NCBI GenBank assembly: GCA_030295235.1
Contig: AP026173.1
Coordinates: 186,001-250,000, forward strand
Source: Fistulifera solaris
Lineage: Eukaryota
Reading direction: 5' to 3'
DNA length: 64,000 nucleotides
Below the pieces are notes generated by a model that worked only from the letters and a program-made list of their open reading frames with translations, did no database searches and had not been told where the DNA came from. The translations under genes were made by a program, and so were the position numbers. Each line of letters opens with the position of its first letter. Position 1 is the stretch's first letter. This document shows positions 14,601 through 25,000 of the stretch, piece by piece.

Positions 14601-15125
14601 CGACAATGTCTTCCGAAGAGGCCGCCAACAACTCCAACAAAATCGAAGTCGACTGATAGATCGATTTGCCCGTCGCATTGCGGAGTATCGTTTCCGTGAA
14701 GGAGAGAAGCACCAGGAGGTACGACATCACTTCCTGGGGTACATCTAAAGTATCTTCCAAGTTTTTGACGTATTCACGCTTCGGATCCTCTGACGGAACT
14801 AGGAGAATCGATCGACTGTGTTTAACCAGAATTGATTCCAAAGCAGCATCGATGACATTCAATTGATGAATCCAGCAATGCAAATCAATCTATGACGTAA
14901 TAAATGAGTACCGAATTCGTTCCCAAAAGTATGACTTTGAAAAACGTACCTGCTGTTCGAGCGATCGCTGATGCACAGGTTGCAACAAATTCACCAATTT
15001 TTCCAAGGAACCCTCAACAAGAGGTAACTTGACAGCCTGCAACTCATCAAAGACATTTTGAAAGACATCATCGTCTAGATTTTTGAGGCTGGATAGCCAG
15101 TTCCACTGGCTAAGATAGTAGGCAT
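2663..15125 (-). CDS. HUWE1/Tom1/UPL1-type giant HECT E3 ubiquitin ligase (split by indels; one 5' intron near 14890-14950)
   Basis: C-terminal HECT domain: EEGIDAGGLSREFF, FRFVGRIVGKA, FLQFVTGSSKVP, then MSAHTCFNSLDLP with the catalytic Cys near 2767 and YAINEGGSAFLFA-stop at 2663-2665. UBM-like repeats (DPEVFNSLP, DPSVLAELPEDIRR) at 5700-6060. Acidic stretch at 7550-7790. UBA (INRLMEMGFTRDHALDA) near 10470-10580. N-terminal armadillo-like DUF908/913-type region. 5' end is approximate. Confidence 0.92.
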
Positions 15126-15286
15126 TTTGCAGGATAATCCGCAGCAGAAATGAGTAAAAAGAAAAAATACCCTTGAGGTTTGTCAAACGTTTCCGCTCGA
15201 ATTGTAAACAAGAAAGCGATGGGTACGTTAAGCAATCAAAAATATAGGCAAACAATCAAAGGGTTTTCACACTTTCATCGAATGAC

Positions 15287-15553
15287 ATGGATGATAATGA
15301 AACACAAAATCTCCATCGTCTCCTTTACGAACACTCCCTCCAAGGCGTCCTTCGTAGAATGTACGTCAAGTTTAGTACCGGCGGAGACATCGAAAGAGCG
15401 AACGACGACCAGGCATCGTATCCGTTGTTGTCATTGTGCACTGTAAGACAGGAAGTAGACAACGATTTTCTACGAGTATCTGTTTCAGTACCGGTACGAG
15501 CAAGAAGTATATTCAAGATCCAACATCGTCCGCTCAATGATCTCGATCCTTGA
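15287..15553 (+). CDS. Possible small hypothetical protein (may continue by frameshift to ~15690)
   Basis: ATG-initiated 88-aa ORF divergent from the HECT gene. No motif recognised. Confidence 0.25.
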   Translation: MDDNETQNLHRLLYEHSLQGVLRRMYVKFSTGGDIERANDDQASYPLLSLCTVRQEVDNDFLRVSVSVPVRARSIFKIQHRPLNDLDP

Positions 15554-15709
15554 TGCAGATGCAAAACGGATCGCGGAAAGATCCGCAAACGCAAAGACAG
15601 ATGGCCCTGATGAAATTCACTTCAACAATGCCTCAATGACATTTCACATCCCTTTCAGACCGCGTAATATCTATTATCACTTCATAGCAATTCATAAGTT
15701 CACAATACT

Positions 15710-16471
15710 ATGCCACGACGCGAAAAGAAGGAGAAAAGCAACGCCGAGAGTTTGCAACAACTCGAGAACTCTCTGTCGCAAGCGCAAGCCACCGTCGAAC
15801 GGAGTCAAGAAAGCATTGCCCGATTGCATTACGAATGGCGATCTCATTTACAACGACTCGGTATCATGATAATATTTATTTCATTCTATCAAATGTACAC
15901 TCCCGCGAAAACGTGCTACGAGGAATTGAACGAATGGGGTGGATTGTCAAACACGCCCGTCGCTTTGGTGATTTTGGCCGATTCGGTCGTATTTCTGTTG
16001 GGTACCGTTGTAGCGATCCTGCTGGTTCGATTCACACGGTCGCATCAGCACAGCTTGAAGGATCCCAATTATATGCTCGCTAGCGCGATCGTACCCGTCT
16101 TACTCGGACTTTGGTTCCTGCAGAAACAACAGCCTACGTATGAAGGAGTCCCCGATTGCCTCGCTACCAGTCTAATGTATCAGCCCAACGGGACCGCGAA
16201 AGGGACCGTCACACGCCATCTTCCGGTCGTATTAGTCTTTCATGTCATCGTGTCGGCGTCTTACTTCTTCATGTCCCATCAGCGTGCCAAACAATCACGG
16301 AATTTGGAAGCGATTGTGCAGCTTCGGCAAGAACTAGAATTGAGTAAAAAAGAAGCGATGAGTGCGACTATGAAAGAGATGCTTGTTAAACTGAAACTCA
16401 CGATCATAGAATATTATGCTTTAATAGAGACGACTTTAAACAAATTGTTACTTGCTGTATATCTAAATTGA
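15710..16471 (+). CDS. Hypothetical multi-pass membrane protein with N-terminal coiled coil
   Basis: 253-aa ORF with a coiled-coil-like N-terminus (LQQLENSLSQAQATVERSQES) and ~4 hydrophobic segments. The 3' end may be affected by an intron or indel. Confidence 0.65.
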   Translation: MPRREKKEKSNAESLQQLENSLSQAQATVERSQESIARLHYEWRSHLQRLGIMIIFISFYQMYTPAKTCYEELNEWGGLSNTPVALVILADSVVFLLGTVVAILLVRFTRSHQHSLKDPNYMLASAIVPVLLGLWFLQKQQPTYEGVPDCLATSLMYQPNGTAKGTVTRHLPVVLVFHVIVSASYFFMSHQRAKQSRNLEAIVQLRQELELSKKEAMSATMKEMLVKLKLTIIEYYALIETTLNKLLLAVYLN

Positions 16472-16700
16472 AATCAACTATAAAACGACTACGGAGTATA
16501 GGCTAATGTGTGAGCGTAATGTCGCCACGACTGCGTTTAGTCATGAACAGCCTTTCTAATAAAAGGGAAGTCTAGCGTCTAGCTAGACGCACTAGGAAAC
16601 TAGGAATGCATCATTCACTCTATTGGCGTGCTTTCTTTTCATATGGTAGCGTATTAGCAACACAAGGAGCCTGTGAAGGGTTCACTACTAATTATTCATT

Positions 16701-17659
16701 TTAAAAGGGCACACCCGCATGCTTCTCAATCACATAAGCACAGTTCTGCGAAACCTTGTCCCAGTTGACCAGATTCCAAAAGTTGGAAACGTATTCCGGT
16801 CGACGGTTTTGATATTTGAGGTAATAAGCGTGTTCCCACACATCCAAACCGAGAATGGGAAACATGATTTCATCCGCGGCACCCTTCATGAGAGGGTTGT
16901 CTTGGTTGGGCGTTCCTACCAACTTTAACGCATCACCGGCTTGATTGACACAGATCCACACCCAGCCACTGCCAAACAAGGCACCGGGCGCCGCGCGTGC
17001 TTCGAATTGCGCCTTCATCTCGTCCAAACTACCGAACGACTTGTTGATCAAAGAGAGCAATTGCTCACTGGGCTTGGTTTTCGCGGCCTGATCGGCCGGA
17101 GCCAGTTCTTCCCAGAAGAAGGCGTGATTGTAATGACCGCCACCGTTGTTGCGTACGGCGGGTCCGGCCGCAATGGCATCTTCCATAAGATCCAAAATGG
17201 GTTTGGCCTCTTTTCCTTCCGTGGCCTTGTTGAGGTTCGCAACGTAAGTAGCGTGGTGCTTGTCGTGATGAATTTTCATGGTAGGAGCATCAATGTACGG
17301 CTCCAGGGCTTCAAAGGCGTAAGGCAAATCCGGCAAATCGTACGCACGGGCGGATTGTGCGTTGGCGGCCGTGGCCAATCCAAAGACGGCGGCCGCTCCT
17401 TTTTGAAAAATTTCACGACGAGAAGTCGCCGCTGACGAGGGGATATCTGCTTATGGAAAGAAATGAATGGAGAAAAGGAGATTGTGAGTCTCAATAAAGA
17501 AGGATGACAGCGATTGCAGTTGCAGTGACTCCTCTTTGTGACCAAATCATCGGAAAAGTCCTCTCTCTTTCGTTCTCACGTACCCGATTTCATGCTCATG
17601 GACGACCATGCTGCCGCGGATCCGATAAGACCCGCCGAAACTGCGAAAGAAAGCTTCAT
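16701..17659 (-). CDS. Mn-type superoxide dismutase with signal peptide, transit peptide and Tat-like signal; 2 exons (17659-17584, 17449/17446-16701)
   Basis: LPDLPYAFEALEPYID, HHDKHHATYV, NNGGGHYNH (GGG, Mn-type), PNQDNP and DVWEHAYY motifs. Exon 1 reads MKLSFAVSAGLIGSAAA|WSSMSMKS. GT-AG intron at 17583-17450 keeps the frame. Confidence 0.93.
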
Positions 17660-18086
17660 TTTGATTTAACGCCGACGAATTGAAACTCAAATGCCTATTA
17701 TTTTTATGATTCAGTGTAGAAACGACTGAAAATAGCCATCAAGAAAGATCGCAACCGATCGAAGGAGATCTCCATCCTTTCTCAAACGGAAAGGGTTCTG
17801 TACGGCCTCCGTCGTCACACTACTTTCTGACTGATAGTCGAAAGGCTTTTTTCACACACGTCACTCATTGGCTCTGACCGACGTCCGGTCGGCACCCTTC
17901 ATCACCACTGCGACATTTGAAAGCGCACCTTCTCAGAAGTTCCTCGTTTGGATGCGGCTCGAGCAGCTTTTTTTCTTTTTTTCTTTTTTTCTGCCGATCA
18001 TCGAGAAGTTCGCTCTTTTTTTGTTATTTCACAACAACTCAAGTCTTCTTCAATCTCCAAAAAAGACTCGACATTCCCAGAGCAGG

Positions 18087-18866
18087 ATGATTCAATGGCA
18101 AGGCTTTCCTACTTGGGATCTCGAACACGGAATAGTTCGAGCTTGGTGGTTCGATCCGTTCACGGCGACGCTGTCGTTTGCCGTTTTTATCAACTGGTAT
18201 TGGTTTCATGAGCGGCAGTTGGGCTTATCGACGACGCGTCAGTTCTCGGATACACTTCGGCTCGAATTGGGACCATTGTGGAGTTCGGGCTTGGCATATT
18301 GGATCGGAATTTTGATATGGAAATGTTTGGTTCCCCCCGCGGCCGTGACGGACGGTATACCGAGCGATGCTCGAGAATTGCTGTATTTACTTTGCGAAAT
18401 TGGATCCGGTATTCTTCTGTACGATGCCATTTTCTTCGGATTGCATTGGGGTATGCACGCCATTCCGTGTTTCCGGAAATTTCATCATCGTCATCACGCC
18501 GGGACACCAATCGAAGCACGCGATGTACTGCGGCATTCGCTGCTGGATGGAGGCTTACAGGTTCTGGTCAATATTCTGGTGCAGAGGCACACGCCTTGGG
18601 GCATCGCGAAATCTCGATTGGCACGGTTGGGTCACAACGTGATAGTCATTTGGATGTTGACCGAGTCACATACCTCTTCGCCGTATCCGTATCTATGGCG
18701 TCGATGGTTCGTGGGGGTACGCGAACACATTCATCACCACGCAGCGAAAGGAGATGATGCAAAGACAATGAAAGGACGGTTTCATCGTTATCAGCAGTTC
18801 TTCGGGTATTTGGATGATCTGCGAATATGGCTAGGTCGGCGAGAGTGCAGGTCGTCGATCAAGTAG
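18087..18866 (+). CDS. Fatty acid hydroxylase / sterol desaturase superfamily protein
   Basis: His boxes (YDAIFFGLHWGMH, FHHRHH, ESHT, EHIHHH) plus the YQQFFGYLD tail and hydrophobic segments. Confidence 0.85.
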   Translation: MIQWQGFPTWDLEHGIVRAWWFDPFTATLSFAVFINWYWFHERQLGLSTTRQFSDTLRLELGPLWSSGLAYWIGILIWKCLVPPAAVTDGIPSDARELLYLLCEIGSGILLYDAIFFGLHWGMHAIPCFRKFHHRHHAGTPIEARDVLRHSLLDGGLQVLVNILVQRHTPWGIAKSRLARLGHNVIVIWMLTESHTSSPYPYLWRRWFVGVREHIHHHAAKGDDAKTMKGRFHRYQQFFGYLDDLRIWLGRRECRSSIK

Positions 18867-18912
18867 AGAAACATGTCATATTATGCTAGAAAATTAACGA
18901 TTATTCGTTATA
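18300..18912 (+). repeat. Copy 1 of a ~600-bp dispersed direct repeat (3' half of hydroxylase plus 3' UTR)
   Basis: Aligns to 33988-34586. The core 18367-18866 vs 34041-34540 is ungapped with ~27 mismatches in 500 nt by manual count. Confidence 0.95.
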
Positions 18913-19014
18913 ATTTGAAATATATATAACTGGGATTTACGAGTTGCCAGTCGGTAATTTTAAGGCCTGGGGTGTTTAAGTATATTGGACGAACTTTTGT
19001 CGCCGCTCTTCCGA

Positions 19015-22000
19015 TCAAACACATTCGGGGCACCGCGCACATATTGAAAGCCCCAACACGACATTGCTCAAACGCTTATCCGGAGGATCATTCTGGCCCA
19101 AACCGATGGCTGAATACTTTCCTTCACTGCATTGTCCGCATGACCAGCCACGATTGAGACGAAGTTGCGCAAAGAATGACGAAGTGCAAGTCGTCCGACA
19201 GGATCCAATTTTGGTTTTTTTGTGCAAGAAAAAGCGTTTAATCGTACCATTTCGCGTCGACAAGCAAACTTAATCGCACAGACCCCGTTATCGTCAATGT
19301 CAGGAAACTTTTCAGGAGCTTTGGTTGGTGGTGGCGATGGCTGGTCGGCTGGTTGCTCTGAGGGAGGCTGAGTGTCACCAACACCATCATCATCATCACC
19401 GTCGGAAGAGCTCGGTGCATACAAAAATCTGTACAGTTTGACTCTGGTAAACCATTGGCCGGGCCTTCATCGCATTCTTCACCAACGTCAACAATCGAAT
19501 TTCCACACTCAGAAGCAACGCCATTAGTGTTGCCTTTTACCTCAGCGCCAACCTTTTCGTGAGACGCCAAAATGACCAGCAAAGACTTTGATCGTATAAC
19601 TCGTACCAGCAGCCAATTGTCCGATCGTGCATGAGTTGATTTGGACGTACTTTTGGCAATCTTGTAGTAGAGGTCTGTGGCGCCGGAAGGCTTGATGATG
19701 ACATATGCAGCTCCTGTGCCTGTGCCCTCGCCCCCTTCCAACATACGAGATCTGTATGCATTCGTTGCCTGGAGCGTCGTTCCACGCCACCGAAAGCGAA
19801 TTATTCGTACTGGCGGTGATTCGAAGATTTGTCACAGGCAGCTGCATCACGCATCGTAAGTAGGTAAGTTGGCGCAACACCAAAATCAAAAAGGTGAACG
19901 TAGTTCTGCTTTTCAATCACACCACCCAGCAAATATTCCGTCCACGCTGTTTGCCACGCATTTGACTGCGGGATGAGAATGTAATCCACGTCTGTCCGCG
20001 TCACTGACAGAAGCAAATAATCTGTTCCCACCATCGGATCATCAAAACGTATATAGACCCAATCTTGGAGCAAATCTTGCTCTTCAATTGTGAGATTGTG
20101 GTGGACAAGTACGGTAACACGACCCGAATCTTCGGGCGTACTGTGGCTTGTCCGACCAAGCTCTACCAATCACGGATGATACCGGGTAGGTCCTTTCCCT
20201 TGTATCAGACATGAACACAGTATCCGGGTTATAAAAAGCATCTGCATTCTTGTTCACTAAGAAGTCATCAAGGCCATCGTCAGTGTAGCCCAAGCCACCT
20301 GGTATTGCCGGGTGGTTTCCAACTACACGAACAAGATGCGCGTCAACTCGTAGACGCTGACGTTCTCGATCAAGGATAGTCGGGCGTCGTCAATCGGCCC
20401 TTGGTACTGAAATGACGCCGAGAAATTAAAGAAATTACCCCTTAATGACGAGACAAGATCCCAGACTCCAACAACATTACTTTGGGCAGGAATCGTGCCG
20501 AAATCTATCTTCAGAGAATTTGACATGGGCTTGTTACCCAACCTGCTCCCAATAATTGTGAAGTCAACAAACAAACCTAAAAATAACGAGATCAGCGAGG
20601 GAAGCAATTGGCTCAAAGAAACAAAAGCGCAAACACTGACCTTTCTTATCCTCGATGATTTCCGGCTGGGGCGGAAACAATTTCAACTTCGCGTGCATCT
20701 CCATATCCGCGGTTTTCTATCAGAAGACCAAGTTGATATGGGATAACAGGTTCGACAGCAGTTGTGAAAGGATCGTCCGCATAAACAGGTCTGGAATGAA
20801 AGTATGTCAGGTGCAATTGTGGGTCAGGTCGCACCGTGATTGTGTCTGGAGCCAAGTTCTGGATGTATTCAACTCCGTCAATAGAATACAAAAGAATACC
20901 ACTTATGTCGTACTTGGTATCAAAAAATCGGCGCGGCCTCGGTTAGTGGGAGCATTAGCCATGTTGCCTTGGCATTACTGTTGGGCTCAATTTTCCCGTG
21001 CCGTCGACAGCAGTAACACCGTCGAGTTCTGGCTGCCCTCACGACAAAAAGATCTGTCGACTCTGCAGTTGCATTTCCAAAGAGAGTCACTTTCAATGTC
21101 ACCGATACGTTGACAAGCGGGAATGCTCCCCCATTCGCCATTTCAAGCCGCTTCAAACCCAGTTCTAGTTAAAGTCAATTCTTTCTCGATTCGAACGCGA
21201 ACCGTTGCACAAACTCCAGCCCGCTGTTTCGCTTCCTCAAACTGTTGGGCCTCAACGGCAGTCAGCCAAGCATCACTGAATCCACTGAAGCTTTCTTGTT
21301 GGACCTTGGAACGCGCTTGGTTAAACTTTTGCATCAGATTTGACGCCCGAGGTCAAGTCAAAGAAACCTGAAGTATAGTTCTGGGAGAGATCTTCTTTGC
21401 TGAAAATTTTGTTGTCCCAAAGCACAGAACTTCGGTTCCAGGTATCGGCGAACAGCGTTAAATCCAAATTGTTTGGAACGGCAATTCCAATAGACTGAAG
21501 CAACTCAAGCTCTCTCGGCGAAATGGCCTTGCCTCCCTCGCTGTCATCCGCAATCGCATTCACAAGAATGGTCGAAAAGTCCTTTATCTGCGTCACATTA
21601 GCCGAAGTGCCATTGACCAGGGCAATGGGATCGTCTGAAAGCGTCCCGCCCGAATGGTAGCAACGCAAGATCGACAAAAGCTGCCAATCGGTCAGCTTGG
21701 ATCAATAGGTTCTGCAAACCAGGGCTCCTCGCCAGATCATCACTAGTATAACAAGGTTCCTGGTCGAGCTGACATGCAACTACATCAGACGCCAAAAGCA
21801 TGAATCGAAGTGACTCCAAGCCACGCCCGGAGAGCCGCATGGGAAAAAACTCTTGATTCCGCCCAGACCCCAACGCGCTGTCAACGCACGTCTGTAGTGC
21901 AGACTTCGGTTGCAAGTAAAGTCGTCTCGGCATTGTCGAGTGCCTGGAACATGACCTTCAAGTCACTGTCCGAGCATCTTGGGCAACCAGCCAATAAAGC

Positions 22001-25000
22001 GCGATGGGAAGGAACCATGAAGGGAGGCAAGTCAGTACTGGATGATCTAAGGCGGCGGCGACTTCCGGGACTGGGACCGCATCCACTCGCAATACTCCGA
22101 CCATCAATGTCGCCATAACCACAACGGCTACAGCGTCGAGATCCTCCACCACGGACGGCCCCACAGAACTCGTTGGCCCCACAGAACTCGTCGGACTAGA
22201 ACCCCCAGTGCCAGTGTCAAGAGCAAGTAGGCAGTCGCCCTAAATTTGGAACTGGAAATGACGTGCAGAGCTTGATTGTTTCAATTCCACACTGGTATTC
22301 TGTACAGCTCCCTAGGTCTGAAGACCGGAAAATCTTGTTAGGTTGAGAAGGAGAACAAGTCTGGATCGTTAAAAGGCACTTACCTATGTCTGGCTTGCAA
22401 ATTAGGTTGCAGGGTCTGTATACCGCACACATCCTTCACGGACTTGCACGAAGCATATCCTGCCTTCAAAATTTTCGCAATTAAGGTACTCCATATTTTT
22501 GCATGTTTTTCCGATAACATTGTACGGAATTTTCCCCAACACCTGCCTGCAAATCTCACATGCAGTCGCTTGAGTACAGTCGAGAGCAGCGTTCAAATTT
22601 CTGGACTCTTTGATTCGTTCCAACGGCAAAAGCTCCTCTCCATAAAGCCGGCGCCCCGGTAGACTAGCGTTCGCCGTTTCCATGACATCCAAAACGTCTG
22701 TACTGTTCGGTCCTGCATATAAATATGTGTACAGAATGGAAGTGCTGAACTGGAACACACTCTCAATTCGACCAAAATCATCCAGCGAGACTAGGCTCTG
22801 CCCCATCACGGGGTCAGATTCTTCCGCGAACGATCATTTGCTGCCTTCCTTCATCTTCTGGAACAAAAGAACGTTATTTCCGTGCCGGAGCTCCCCGAAT
22901 CCCACCGGTATATCGAATCGAACAATCTGTTCGATACGGACAGGGAAAACGACACTAGAATTAGCTGGCACTGACCCAATATTTCGAACCCGTGTTGGAT
23001 CTTCCTCTTCGTTTGGAAGAATGAATCGGGCATTCTGAAAATATCGGTGGCCAGCGATAAGTCAGGTCATGTGCCGCAATCAGACCATAGTTAGTTGCAG
23101 TCACCTGGATCTCATCGACCAATCCTGAACGGATTCCCTCCCAGTCCAATAAGACTGGGTCCCATACTATGACAGGCCGGGGGGACGAATGTTTCGAATG
23201 TAACCTCAACCTGGGTAACATACTTGTCCAAAACGTCAACCTCAACAACGCTAAAAGTGTAGGACACGGGATCGGCTTGAAGAAAACGCCTCAACAAGTT
23301 GACCCGGTGCTTCTAGGAAGATCTCTTTCCGAAAGGAGCTGTGACCGAGCTTCTGCGCATAAATTTCATAGAAATCTTCAACAAGATCCGGGAATGTAAG
23401 CGTACCATTGGGCCCTGAGTTTTCCGTGTAGGAAGTACCGACTGTGAGACTCCGTATGCGAACTGACACGTTTATGAAGATTTGGAGTATTTGCCGCAAA
23501 GTAGGTGGCTTCATCTTGAGTGACAATTGTAAGCGCAGCCAGACTCTCAGAGACCACTGTAACGCGATAGGACAATTCAGCAAAAGTTAAATTTTCTTGA
23601 AAGCCAATGACACCTGAGAAGGTTGTTCCAACATCCATGTCTTCTGATGCCACAAAGGCCAATGATACAGTAGTGTTCTCGTCTCACGGCAAGACTTGGA
23701 ATTGTCTCGTCTGAGACCAACCGCAGAATGGTCTGATTAGGCATGACCATGCTAATCGGACTACTTGCATTGCTTCCAATGTTCTTGAGCGTGACATCTC
23801 TGTACACCACATTGCCTCCTTTCGCGGCGTGAATATCAATCCAACTTGGCGAAACTTGAAGTCTAGGTCTCCGGTCTCTTATGTCGAGATAGATGAATGC
23901 CGATTCGGTGATGCCTTCACTCGTTTGCACAGTAAAGTATAGCCGTCCTTGAAGCGCTTTGTCTGCAGTTGCTTCAAAAGAGAGGTCGACTGACGACGAC
24001 AAATTGTTTGTGCTATTAACACCCAAAGAACTTGTCAAAGACAAACGTTCGACCTTGTCGAATGCAACAGATATTCCAGAGAATGAACCGCCATAGAAAG
24101 AAATACGAACGCATTTTCAGCCAGCACAGTCTCCCCCCGTGAAAGCGGAAACAAGGTATGATGAAGGCGAGATGTCGACTCCCATTATAAACAATTCTCC
24201 TTGCACAGTCGAAGTTTTCGTAGCCAGAGTGCTCACCACCATAAACAAACATTCCAACTTCAAAGCTGTACGGTTGGTAAAGAATTGAAAGTGTGCCGTA
24301 CGGGCTGGTTTTCAGACTAATTTTCCGACGAGACCCATTGGGAGCTTCTCTGATCCACAGCGTGGCAAGCTTACCACCGACCAAGGCATTCGAAGCAATC
24401 GCTCGTGTTTCAACATCGAAACTCAATCGAGGGAGCAGGGGCGCATCATACTCACAGCATCGGTCGGAGACCTTGACGTAGTAGGAAGGACTCACTTCGA
24501 AGTAGACATAGATGTAGTCGCTCGTTAGCTCATTGCGGGCTTGGACACGGACAGACTGAGTCCGCAGTTTAGCTTCCGGGCTCTGCCACGACAGCTTTCC
24601 AGTGGAGCTATCGATCACCATGCCTAGGGGTGGAACTCCAATAATTGTCCACTCAACAGGCTCAGAACCCTTATCCAAAGAGAGAATCACATTAAAGGGC
24701 TCGCCTTCAACCAACGTGAACGGGCATTAATATCTCTGATAACTGGAGCCACAAGTTGTTCATCGCATGCTTCGCCCTCGAAAGCCATAGTAACACTGAC
24801 ACCGACCGAAACTACAAAAACCATTTTGACACTGTTCCTCAGGGCAGTTGCTGTAGAAAGTGAAGGGAATGGTATTGTAAGAGTACTCATCATCCACAAT
24901 CAGTCGCAAAGAAGAACGAAGCAACCCAGAAGATGAGACCTGCACGCCGGACTGATGCACCTGAGCGGCGCCGTCCAAAATGGCGTCTACTGTCCCAGCG

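Noticed and set aside
3123..14866. Numerous plus-strand ORFs opposite the HECT gene, and similar antisense ORFs elsewhere (e.g. 53996-54775)
   Set aside because: Shadow frames of real coding sequence, with no motifs of their own.
16575..16590. Perfect 16-bp palindrome gcgtctagctagacgc between convergent genes
   Set aside because: Single occurrence with no loop or U-tract and no related copy seen; could be chance.
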